Source of the DNA: a virus
Lineage: Duplodnaviria > Caudoviricetes
Strand: one strand, 5' to 3'
DNA length: 43,923 nucleotides
Virus record (IMG/VR): IMGVR_UViG_3300025621_001497
Location: 1-43,923 of that record
Every line of letters starts with the position of its first letter. Position 1 is the stretch's first letter. Below, piece after piece: positions 28,627-36,552 of this stretch. A model generated the notes under the pieces. That model searched no databases. It was given only the letters and a program-made list of their open reading frames with translations, and was not told the origin of the DNA. Made by a program: the position numbers and the translations under genes.

Positions 28627-28976
28627 GCGGCGCCATCTGAATCAGGCTTGGCCGGCACTTCGCACACGCCCGCACGCTTGGCCAGCCAGCGTTCGTACAA
28701 CCCGCTGGCCACGTCCGCCCCCATGGTCGCGACCACAAAACCGATGGCCGCGGCCACCAGCACATGCGCGCCACTAGCCCAGACCAACAGCATGGTTGAC
28801 AGCCCGAACACCACCGACGCCCCGGCCCGCAGGATCACCCGATACACCAGCTCTCGGCCACGCAACCCATCGCGGTCAGCGCGCCACATCTCGCCACTGA
28901 AGCCGGCAGCAACCGCAACCGCGATCACCCCCCAGATTGGTAGGTCGGCCAGCGCCTGCTGTTGCTCATGAGTCAT
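28623..28976 (-). CDS. Holin (three TM segments)
   Basis: AGFSGEMWRAD..G...R...LRAGAS..FG and GADVA.GLYERWLAKR typical of Pseudomonas phage holins; AAGGTG SD. Confidence 0.85.
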   Translation of the reverse strand: MTHEQQQALADLPIWGVIAVAVAAGFSGEMWRADRDGLRGRELVYRVILRAGASVVFGLSTMLLVWASGAHVLVAAAIGFVVATMGADVASGLYERWLAKRAGVCEVPAKPDSDGAA

Positions 28977-29162
28977 CGTGATCACCTTTTGATGCGAATG
29001 GAGAACGGCCCAAAGCACTTGAGCCGAATACAGATAGCCTGGCGCTTGCCGAGAGCCGGCTGCTGCGACGCGGATAGCGCTCAGCATTTTCCCGAGCCAC
29101 TACTTTGACAGCATGCAAACCTGCAGCTATAGATCAAAAGCCCAGCTCAAAAAGGACTTTAA

Positions 29163-29513
29163 ATGCGCTTACTTCTCACCCTGCTGGGCTTGAGCGTGGG
29201 CTTGTCTGGTTGTTCGTTTGTCTCCGTCTCTGGCGCCACAACAACCGAACGCTTTATCAACGTAGGCCCCGTGTTACTCAAAACCGATCAACCCGCACGC
29301 GCGATAGTCACCTCTACGCTCGGCGTAGGCGCAACAAACTTTCAAGGAACCACCAACTTCGGCTATGTCGACCAAGAGGTGGTTGTTATCCCCAACGCTG
29401 CCGGGTGTGAACTCATCCTTATAGTTAAAAACCACCAGGAGCTCGAACGAGCGAAACAGATCCTGGGGGATGCCCTCAAGCACGCCTGCACCAACGACAA
29501 GGAAGCCCTATGA
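29163..29513 (+). CDS. Lipoprotein, moron gene 1 of a pair
   Basis: Lipobox LSGC; AAGGA SD; ATGA overlap with next gene. Confidence 0.75.
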   Translation: MRLLLTLLGLSVGLSGCSFVSVSGATTTERFINVGPVLLKTDQPARAIVTSTLGVGATNFQGTTNFGYVDQEVVVIPNAAGCELILIVKNHQELERAKQILGDALKHACTNDKEAL

Positions 29514-30394
29514 AGCCCCTAAGACTCACCGCATTAATCGCGTCGGCAGCACTGCTATCAGCCTGCGCAAACGAATCGCCCTTGCTGTTTGTTTCCAAAA
29601 CCTCAGTGGGGCTAGATGTATCGACACCCACCACAGGCAGTACTGAAATCAGCGTCAACTTTGGATGGAAATCCCTCGATGCTGCGTATGTCCCAGTGGT
29701 CGAGATAATCGATAAACAGAAAGATCTCCACCTGGTCTTGTCTGGCGACAACGCTAAGGACTACGAAAAACCAGAGGATGCGAATGCACTTCGTAATGAA
29801 ATAAAAGCATTACAAGAAAAAATTAAAAATGCAGAGCAAGAGCTCGCCAAAGCGACAGCAGAAAAAAAGCCCGAAAAAGAACAAGAGGTTACGGATCTGG
29901 AAACAAAGCTTAAAGAAGCACTTGTAAATAACGATACGAACACAGGCAATACGATTGCAAAAGAATCCATTGTTGCCCCAGCCATTGCCAGCGAGCTAGT
30001 TACAGCTACATCGCTGTACAAAAAAACATTTGATTCGTATGAGAAAATGATCGCCGCTAACACGGCGACAGACGAAGAGAAGAAATTGAAGAAAGATGCC
30101 GTGCAAGCTCAGCAAAATGTTGTGGCAACGCTTTCCGAAGCACTACTCAAATCCATAGACCGAAAAGACGCGCTATCCGTGTTCTCCGTTGTCGATACGA
30201 ACTCAATATTTCGGGAGTCAATCGGCGTGGGCAAAGTCTTCGCCACGGGCATGGCGGCGCAGAATGTGTCGCGTGACTTCAACGCCTCACGCGGCTGCGT
30301 AACCGCGATATCCAATGCAGTGGCCAAGCTTGCAGCTTCCTCAGTCGCTGCCGATCAAGAGAAAGCAAAAGCGCTTGTAGAAGCCTGCAAGTAA
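29510..30394 (+). CDS. Lipoprotein with central coiled coil, moron gene 2 of a pair
   Basis: Lipobox LSAC; beta-rich ends and Lys/Glu-rich coiled coil. Confidence 0.8.
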   Translation: MKPLRLTALIASAALLSACANESPLLFVSKTSVGLDVSTPTTGSTEISVNFGWKSLDAAYVPVVEIIDKQKDLHLVLSGDNAKDYEKPEDANALRNEIKALQEKIKNAEQELAKATAEKKPEKEQEVTDLETKLKEALVNNDTNTGNTIAKESIVAPAIASELVTATSLYKKTFDSYEKMIAANTATDEEKKLKKDAVQAQQNVVATLSEALLKSIDRKDALSVFSVVDTNSIFRESIGVGKVFATGMAAQNVSRDFNASRGCVTAISNAVAKLAASSVAADQEKAKALVEACK

Positions 30395-30503
30395 TTGCAC
30401 GAATGCCAAAATTAAGAACATGGCACGTGGCCGGGCTTCCGGTGAGGTTTCTAGTTACATACCTCTCTGAACAAGGCCGATTTATCAGCGCCCGAGGAAT
30501 CGG

Positions 30504-30534
30504 AAAAGAAAACCCCGCCACATGGGCGGGGTTT
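30504..30534 (-). terminator. Late-leader terminator (tR'-like)
   Basis: AAACCCCGCC/GGCGGGGTTT stem followed by TTCTTTT on the - strand, downstream of the Q-like gene. Confidence 0.7.
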
Positions 30535-30659
30535 GCAGGTGCCCAAGCGGGGTAGCTTGGGGCTTGACGGCACAGCACGTGCGCTTGGTTGCTCTCTAGG
30601 CGTACCTATCGAATCGTGAGGACTTTGTACCGGTGAAAGGACAAACCGAAAACCCCCAA

Positions 30660-31316
30660 TTAACGGTTGATCCTGACGGGGGCTTGCCGGGGCGCTACGG
30701 AGCCGACTGACGCCGAGTCACCAGACAAACGGTCACAAGCAGCGCTGCCACCAGCAGCCTTAAGCGCCTTATGCGCGGCGATTGCACCCCGCCCGCCCTG
30801 CGCCTCCTCGAACTCAACCGCCCGCCCACGATGCGCCGCAGCCGCCTGCTTCACCGAAGCCTTGCGCATCCGATCCCCGGCCCGCTTCGCCTCACTGAGC
30901 TGGTTTGCAGCCACCGCGTGCCGCGCCTTCAACTCAGCCTCCACCAACTGATGCAGCCGAGCCACCAAGCGCGTGTACGCCTTCATCCCAGCATCCCCCT
31001 GCCCCAGCTGCAGGTCACGCACCTGCACTGCCTTCGTAAGCGCCGGATCATAGGTGTAACGCAGCAACGCCAGGGTCATAAGCTGCCGACCATCCTCCAG
31101 CCCCTCAATGACCGCCAACACCGCCGCCACCTCACTGGCCAGGTGATCAGGCCCGGCGCCGGCCAGCAGTATCCGCGAGCCACCCGAACCAGTGCGCGGT
31201 GGGCAGCCCTTCCACTCCATCAGCGTCCCGGCCGGGCTACCCAGGCCGCCACTGGTGCCGCACTTGCGCTGCTGCTCGCCCCAATGCCTCATCACGCTCT
31301 CGATAGCTTCGATCAT
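30660..31316 (-). CDS. Putative late transcription regulator / Q-like antiterminator
   Basis: MIEAIESVMRHWGEQ N-terminus and LA.LRY...Y...V.RLH.LV; position between replication and holin. Confidence 0.6.
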   Translation of the reverse strand: MIEAIESVMRHWGEQQRKCGTSGGLGSPAGTLMEWKGCPPRTGSGGSRILLAGAGPDHLASEVAAVLAVIEGLEDGRQLMTLALLRYTYDPALTKAVQVRDLQLGQGDAGMKAYTRLVARLHQLVEAELKARHAVAANQLSEAKRAGDRMRKASVKQAAAAHRGRAVEFEEAQGGRGAIAAHKALKAAGGSAACDRLSGDSASVGSVAPRQAPVRINR

Positions 31317-31338
31317 GCTGTGCTTCCCCAAGCAGTAT

Positions 31339-31716
31339 TCAGCGGCGACCAGCCACCTCTTTATCAAGCTGCACATCCAAGCGCAGCTTCCGGGCAACCA
31401 GCGGCTCGAGCATCTTCACCACGGCCAAGTACTCTGGCAGCGCATCAGTCACTAGGATGTAATCCATATTCGACTCGTCGATGTTCACGTCGAACACGTA
31501 CATCACCCCAGGCAGTTCATCAGCTGGACGATCCGTTTCACTGCGACGGAAGAGCGTATAGACACCATCCTCTTCGTCGTAGCGCACAAAGCCGAGGCCC
31601 TTGTACATCAGGTCCTCATCAAAGTTTTCCCAGTTGGCCAGGTCTTCACGCACCAGGCCCTCCAGCGTCTCACCAACCTTCTCCAGCTCGCCTTTTACAA
31701 CTTTGTAAACAGCCAT
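31339..31716 (-). CDS. Hypothetical acidic protein (125 aa)
   Basis: GGAG SD, clean ORF in operon direction. Confidence 0.7.
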   Translation of the reverse strand: MAVYKVVKGELEKVGETLEGLVREDLANWENFDEDLMYKGLGFVRYDEEDGVYTLFRRSETDRPADELPGVMYVFDVNIDESNMDYILVTDALPEYLAVVKMLEPLVARKLRLDVQLDKEVAGRR

Positions 31717-31740
31717 ACTTCTTACTCCTACGGTTAAAAA

Positions 31741-31966
31741 CGTCTGTCGGCCTAGTGTCGGAATATCTGTCTGAATGATTTGTCTTTAAAAAACAGTTAG
31801 TTATTTAAAATTCAGACATTCCGACAGCAAAACACATAAAAACCATACATGTGCGCGCGCACGATGTCTCTTTCTCAAAAATGCGTCGGAACGTAGGAAA
31901 CCCCCGAACTAGAGGGCCTGCATCCTGTCGGAATATCTGTCTGATATGCGTCGGAATGTCGGAACA
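31741..31966. repeat. Candidate replication origin (iterons plus AT-rich core)
   Basis: 19-bp exact repeat TGTCGGAATATCTGTCTGA at 31756 and 31926; further GTCGGAA units at 31885, 31950 and 31958; inverted units at 31811-31826; AT-rich 31776-31812. Confidence 0.7.
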
Positions 31967-34489
31967 TCAAGCCGCCTCAGCCGGCCGGAAACGGTCACTC
32001 AGCGCCCCATGGAACGCCCTGCACTGCAACGCCACTTGCTTGAGCCAATCCGGGTCATCGTGCTGCTCGGTCAAGAGCTTCGGCAGATAGATGCGGCACG
32101 TCTTGAAGTCAGAGTGCTGGTCCGGGAACTTGATGTCCTTACGCACCTGCACCAGGTCGCGCTGGATCTCCTGATAGAACTCCCGCTCACGCCGCTTGAA
32201 TTCGTTGGCCCGCTCGCACCATCGGCAAAACGCCCGATACAAATCACCCGCAACCGCGGCGCCATACGGCATATCCAGCTCCCCCCGCTGCCAAACCCTT
32301 AGGAAGTAACGCGCCGGGCTCAGGCTGCCCTCGATGAGCGCCTGCTTCTCCTCGTTCAACGGCGGCTTCGTGTGTTCATTGAACCCTTCCATGGGCAGGG
32401 TCAGCATGTACTGATAGAACGCCTCAACCCCGCCGCTCTCAATCTCGTGCACAAGTTCGGTGAAGTACTCCTTCGGCGGCACCTGATCCACGTACAGCAC
32501 CAGATAACGCCGGTCACCATCATCCAGCTCCAGCGGCACCGTTGAGTTCGATAGAAACACGAAGTTCAGGTGGTTCCGCTCCTCACGCAGGCTCTGCATC
32601 TTCTCGTTGATCTGCAGCGTCTCACCTGTCACCAGGTGCTTCAGCAGACCCTTGTAATGGCGCATCTCCTGCCGGCTCACCACCTCCTCAGCCAGCGCAT
32701 ACAGCTTGCGACTCTGCCAGCCGGTGAACTGGCTCTCCAGCTGCGCCTGGCCGATAGTCACGCCGTACTCTCCATAGATGCGCTTGACCACCCTCTCCCA
32801 CACCAGCGACTTACCCGGCCCCTCCGCGCCGAACATCACGATGGAAGTGGCCATCTTCGCGCCAGGGTTCTGCAGCGGGTAGGCAATCCAGCGCAGCACA
32901 AACAGGTACTCGTCCTTCCGGTTGCCACAAAGGCGCCCTAGGTGGGCCAGGATCTTCCGACATCCCTCCTGCCCGACCGCGCCAGGCGCCATCTTGAACC
33001 CGTCGTACAGGTTCAACATCGTAGGCCCGCACCGATCGGTCGGGTCGAACAGCACATCCTCGGCAATGCGCCGGTGCTGGCTTTCCTGCCAGAGCTTGAT
33101 CCGCTCGCGACCTACCACCTCGCGCAGAGCTGCCAGCTTCACCATCCGCCGCCGATTGCAGTCCCACACCAAGTCCGTGCCGTAGATCAGAACAAAATCC
33201 TTAAGTAACTCCTGCTCACCGATGCGGAAGCCCCCCGCGCCCCCCGGAGTGTGTGCACCGGCCAAGTCCGGCCCTGCTTCACCGCTCGCAGTGGTGGGGG
33301 CGCCGGGGAGGCACTCAACTGCCGAAGCGTCCCGATCAATCATCTCGTCCAACTCATCCAGGGAGATTGGTGAAACCTCAATTGGTGGCGGATCAGGTGG
33401 CCGTGGCACAGAGCGCTTGTGCTCCATCCCCAGCTCACGCGCTGCCGCCCGGGTCGCGGCAGCCGAGTCGCCGTTGTGCTCCAGAATGCAGAACACATCA
33501 AACGCATCACTCATGTGCCCATTGGCCAGCGGGTCGGAGCCATGGTGCGAGAACACACGCTGCTCGCCGTTGTCATCCACCACATTCACCCCCGGCAACC
33601 CGGTAGAGCTTTGCGGTGCCAACCACTTGCGCCCGCGCTTGGCGTACCCGTGCCGCTGCAGCAGGTTTTCGATATCCGTGGCCCGGTTAAATGCATCAAT
33701 CACAGACGGGTGATCCCCGGCCGGCAACTGAGGTGGCGAGTTCTTCTTAACCTTGGCCGGCGGCTTCGCTGCTGTCGGCGCCCAGGGGCAGGTCTCCAGC
33801 GCCGTACGCTTGAAGATGTCCCAGTTCTGCCAGGTCTTCACCAGGTCGCTCGGCAACTCAAGCAGGCCATCGGTGGGCGGGTTTCTCCAGTGGTAGGGTT
33901 TGCCCGTATCCGGGTGGATCGAAGGCGGCAACACATCCTGCACCGCCCCGGCCCGCAGCTCGAACACCGTAACCGGCGCAAACTCCTTCTGCCGCGCCTG
34001 CATGGCCGTGATCTGATCCTTGTTGCCCGTGTCCCGCGCCTGCTTCAGTGCCGCAGTGGCCAGCTTATGCTTGCTGCCGTCCGGGTCCAGCGGGTTGGGC
34101 CAGCTCAGCGAGTGCCGGGTGAAGTCCAACCCCTCGGGCATCTTGAACATGATGCGAAAGCGCGCCGGGTTACCCACCAGCGTTGGGTAAGCCACTGCCA
34201 GCGCATCCAGATCGATGCCCAGCACATCCAGCATCACTTGGCGGCAGTACTCCACATGGTCAACATCCAGCGAGCACACCCGGCTCGGGCCAAGCACCAC
34301 GCCCATATTGTGGTTCGGGTGCTTCGTCCACCAAGCTTCTGCCGCCTCGGCATCCGTGATGTAGCCTCCCGGTTTGTTCCAACCATTACCCTTAGGGGCT
34401 TTCTCGCCCGGGTCAATGGACACCAGGGCAAGGTTGAACACTTCGATATAGCGTCGCGCCCATTTGGCATTCGATTGGGCCGCATTCAT
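31967..34489 (-). CDS. Bifunctional primase-polymerase fused to SF3-type helicase
   Basis: Prim-Pol motifs (WW..HP.HNMGVVLG, SLDVD, VLPPSIHPDTGKPY.W); C-terminal G.EGPGKS Walker A, AEEV Walker B, FLSN motif C. Confidence 0.9.
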   Translation of the reverse strand: MNAAQSNAKWARRYIEVFNLALVSIDPGEKAPKGNGWNKPGGYITDAEAAEAWWTKHPNHNMGVVLGPSRVCSLDVDHVEYCRQVMLDVLGIDLDALAVAYPTLVGNPARFRIMFKMPEGLDFTRHSLSWPNPLDPDGSKHKLATAALKQARDTGNKDQITAMQARQKEFAPVTVFELRAGAVQDVLPPSIHPDTGKPYHWRNPPTDGLLELPSDLVKTWQNWDIFKRTALETCPWAPTAAKPPAKVKKNSPPQLPAGDHPSVIDAFNRATDIENLLQRHGYAKRGRKWLAPQSSTGLPGVNVVDDNGEQRVFSHHGSDPLANGHMSDAFDVFCILEHNGDSAAATRAAARELGMEHKRSVPRPPDPPPIEVSPISLDELDEMIDRDASAVECLPGAPTTASGEAGPDLAGAHTPGGAGGFRIGEQELLKDFVLIYGTDLVWDCNRRRMVKLAALREVVGRERIKLWQESQHRRIAEDVLFDPTDRCGPTMLNLYDGFKMAPGAVGQEGCRKILAHLGRLCGNRKDEYLFVLRWIAYPLQNPGAKMATSIVMFGAEGPGKSLVWERVVKRIYGEYGVTIGQAQLESQFTGWQSRKLYALAEEVVSRQEMRHYKGLLKHLVTGETLQINEKMQSLREERNHLNFVFLSNSTVPLELDDGDRRYLVLYVDQVPPKEYFTELVHEIESGGVEAFYQYMLTLPMEGFNEHTKPPLNEEKQALIEGSLSPARYFLRVWQRGELDMPYGAAVAGDLYRAFCRWCERANEFKRREREFYQEIQRDLVQVRKDIKFPDQHSDFKTCRIYLPKLLTEQHDDPDWLKQVALQCRAFHGALSDRFRPAEAA

Positions 34490-35448
34490 ACTGCCCGATC
34501 CTTTTCACTTGCATTTCGTCCCAATTTCCCACACATACATACAAGATATGCATAATGAATGAATTCGAGATCCAGTTTGATCCCGAGAAGGCCAGAGCTA
34601 ATTTGAGTAAGCATGGCGTTCGCTTGGCGGAGGGAGAGTCGGTATTGAACGACAGCCGAGCCCTGACCATCGAAGATGGAGATTATGACGAGCAACGCTG
34701 GGTCACGATCGGAGATGATGGAACGGGACGTATCCTGGTCGTTGTCTATACATACCGAGACCCAAATTTCGTGCGTTTGATTTCCGTACGAAAAGCAGAG
34801 CGGCATGAAATCGATGAATACGCAAAAGGGTGAAGCATGAAAGACCGTTACGATTTTAGCTCCGGCAAGCGCGGCGCTATCGCCCCGAACAAGGGCAAGA
34901 CTCGAATCACTATCATGCTCGACGACTCTGTTCTCGAAGCAGCCCGTACTCGTGCAGACGAACAAGGTATCGGGTATCAAACCTTGATCAACGCCGTGCT
35001 CAAGAAGCAACTGATCGAGGTCGAAGCTGAGCCTGCTTCCACATATGATTTCTGTACTCTGCGTGACGAGATTCATAAGATGAGGGCGCTCATCGAAGAA
35101 ATGACCCCGCCGAAGGCTCTTGCAGCTGCCGTTCAGGCTCAACGCGAGCTCATTTATCCCACTCCGAGACTCGGTCATAGTGCGGATACATGGAAACGCG
35201 CCTCCGGGTACGTCAACCTTGGGCCCCCACCAAGCCAAGCGAGTGTGCGCGTCCTCTTGGTTAAAGATGATCCCCAATACGGTCTCACCATTTTCGAGCC
35301 GATGGCACACGATCCAAGTCATGCAACCGAAAATGTTGCCTGGAACGATGATTTCCGCATCACTATCGATCATCTTGTTGCCAAAGATGCTCGATAGCCC
35401 ATAGAGGAGCCAGGTACTCGGCTCCTCAAACACCAGTTCCACGCTCAT
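34486..35448 (-). CDS. Putative 'bridge' ORF (320 aa) antisense to brnT/brnA
   Basis: GGAGGT SD; ATGA overlap with the TraR-like stop; stop overlaps the primase ATG; no recognisable domain. Confidence 0.4.
   Translation of the reverse strand: MSVELVFEEPSTWLLYGLSSIFGNKMIDSDAEIIVPGNIFGCMTWIVCHRLENGETVLGIIFNQEDAHTRLAWWGPKVDVPGGAFPCIRTMTESRSGINELALSLNGSCKSLRRGHFFDERPHLMNLVTQSTEIICGSRLSFDLDQLLLEHGVDQGLIPDTLFVCTSTGCFENRVVEHDSDSSLALVRGDSAALAGAKIVTVFHASPFCVFIDFMPLCFSYGNQTHEIWVSVCIDNDQDTSRSIISDRDPALLVIISIFDGQGSAVVQYRLSLRQANAMLTQISSGLLGIKLDLEFIHYAYLVCMCGKLGRNASEKDRAV
34555..34833 (+). CDS. brnT: BrnT family type II toxin (RNase)
   Basis: FD..KA.AN..KHGV, EQRWVTIG, ILVVVYT.R, RLISVRKA...E...Y. Confidence 0.9.
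   Translation: MNEFEIQFDPEKARANLSKHGVRLAEGESVLNDSRALTIEDGDYDEQRWVTIGDDGTGRILVVVYTYRDPNFVRLISVRKAERHEIDEYAKG
34837..35397 (+). CDS. brnA: BrnA/CopG family antitoxin with long C-terminal extension
   Basis: YDFSSGKRG, KTRITIMLDDSVL, GYQTLINAVL; about 120 extra residues follow. Confidence 0.82.
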   Translation: MKDRYDFSSGKRGAIAPNKGKTRITIMLDDSVLEAARTRADEQGIGYQTLINAVLKKQLIEVEAEPASTYDFCTLRDEIHKMRALIEEMTPPKALAAAVQAQRELIYPTPRLGHSADTWKRASGYVNLGPPPSQASVRVLLVKDDPQYGLTIFEPMAHDPSHATENVAWNDDFRITIDHLVAKDAR

Positions 35449-35648
35449 CGCCGCACCTCCCGCAGCCCCTGGCAATCCACGCAGCACTGGCAGCCTGGCA
35501 CGGCCAGGCGGCGCGCCTGGGGTATCGGCACCCCACAATCGTCGCAGTACTCCGCGCTTTCGCCCTGGTACTGCACGCGGCTCGCGATGGCCTGCAACAG
35601 CTGATCTTCCTGCAGGCGTTGCGCCTGCTCGAACTGGGCCTCATCCAT
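35445..35648 (-). CDS. TraR/DksA C4-type zinc finger protein
   Basis: CDDCGVPIPQARRLAVPGCQCCVDCQ. Confidence 0.9.
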   Translation of the reverse strand: MDEAQFEQAQRLQEDQLLQAIASRVQYQGESAEYCDDCGVPIPQARRLAVPGCQCCVDCQGLREVRR

Positions 35649-36141
35649 CGTGGCTGCCCTCCATCGCGTCGCGTGCGCCGGCCATGATGCCGAGCACCGC
35701 GCGGATCACCTCATTGCCGTGATGCTCCAGCAGCGCCACCTCATGGGACTGCCAAACATTGTCCGCTGCGCCGGTGTGCAGGCTGCCCACAAACTGGCCT
35801 TCCTTCTGCAGCAGCTCGCCCACAGCTTTGAGGGCGTCCTGGGTAGCCGGCACCGGCGTTGGCCGATACCACACCGCACCGGCTGGGCGCAGCACGGCAT
35901 CCAGCAGGCGCGGGTCATTGGTTAGGCGAATGATGTCTTCAAGCTCGTCCGGGGTGGGCCAGCGGCGCTCCTCGGTTGGGTTCAGCTTCTTCTGTAGCGT
36001 GTCGTAGCCCGTTTCCGGGTCCAACAGCATGTCGGTGGCCAAGGCACCAATACCGCCCCGATGGTCGCGCCCGGCGCGATAAAGTGCATGACGTAAAGAG
36101 AGCACCGGACCAGCGCCCGGCAGTAAATCAAGTCGGCTCAT
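35641..36141 (-). CDS. Phage regulatory CII-family protein
   Basis: LSLRHALYRAGRDH.GG..ALA..M...YDTLQKKL; second gene after cro; alternative in-frame start at 36189 (MTQHT). Confidence 0.75.
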   Translation of the reverse strand: MSRLDLLPGAGPVLSLRHALYRAGRDHRGGIGALATDMLLDPETGYDTLQKKLNPTEERRWPTPDELEDIIRLTNDPRLLDAVLRPAGAVWYRPTPVPATQDALKAVGELLQKEGQFVGSLHTGAADNVWQSHEVALLEHHGNEVIRAVLGIMAGARDAMEGSHDG

Positions 36142-36287
36142 ACCTACCCCAAGCCGGCCCCATATGGGGCCGGCAGTGTGCTGTGTCATGCCGAACAAAG
36201 CGGCGAGAGTCGCCCTGCCCGGCCCCGTCCGCATGGAGGTGAGAGGCTCCAGTGCGCTGTACTACCTAAACCTGCCGTTTAACGACA

Positions 36288-36317
36288 TAGCCAGAGCAAC
36301 AGGGTATCCCCTACTAT
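36288..36317 (+). promoter_or_regulatory. Candidate sigma70 promoter for the antisense RNA
   Basis: TAGCCA-18 bp-TACTAT directly upstream of the structured region. Confidence 0.4.
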
Positions 36318-36323
36318 TCCGGC

Positions 36324-36552
36324 TACGGCGACTCGATGTTTCCACGTGCTGTGTCGGCATCGAGCGTCGTGCGCCTGGCGAGGTGTGAGAGCCTCGGCTG
36401 GCACGACACGGAGTGTGAGAGCTCCGCGTCAAAGGGCGGTGCGATCTACGCTATTACATGCATGTGCGCTAGCGCAGCCCGCATCACCCGCCCGACTGAG
36501 TGTGAGAGCTCAGGAAGGCAACCCGCCGGCCCCATTGGGGCCGGCTCCTTTT
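36324..36552 (+). ncRNA. Candidate C4/CI-like structured antisense RNA
   Basis: Multibranch fold with loop UCCACGUGCUGUGUC and three GUGAGA loops; G-U pairs favour the + strand; ends in GCCGGCCCC/GGGGCCGGC hairpin plus CCTTTT; complementary target pairs elsewhere in the phage. Confidence 0.65.

Noticed and set aside
3491-28976. Holin far from endolysin and spanins
   Set aside because: Split lysis cassettes are common in Pseudomonas prophages and tailocins
36150-36550. CRISPR array or tRNA
   Set aside because: Repeated units are 6-10-nt loops in differing stems with no regular spacers and no cas genes; no T-loop, anticodon arm or CCA consensus
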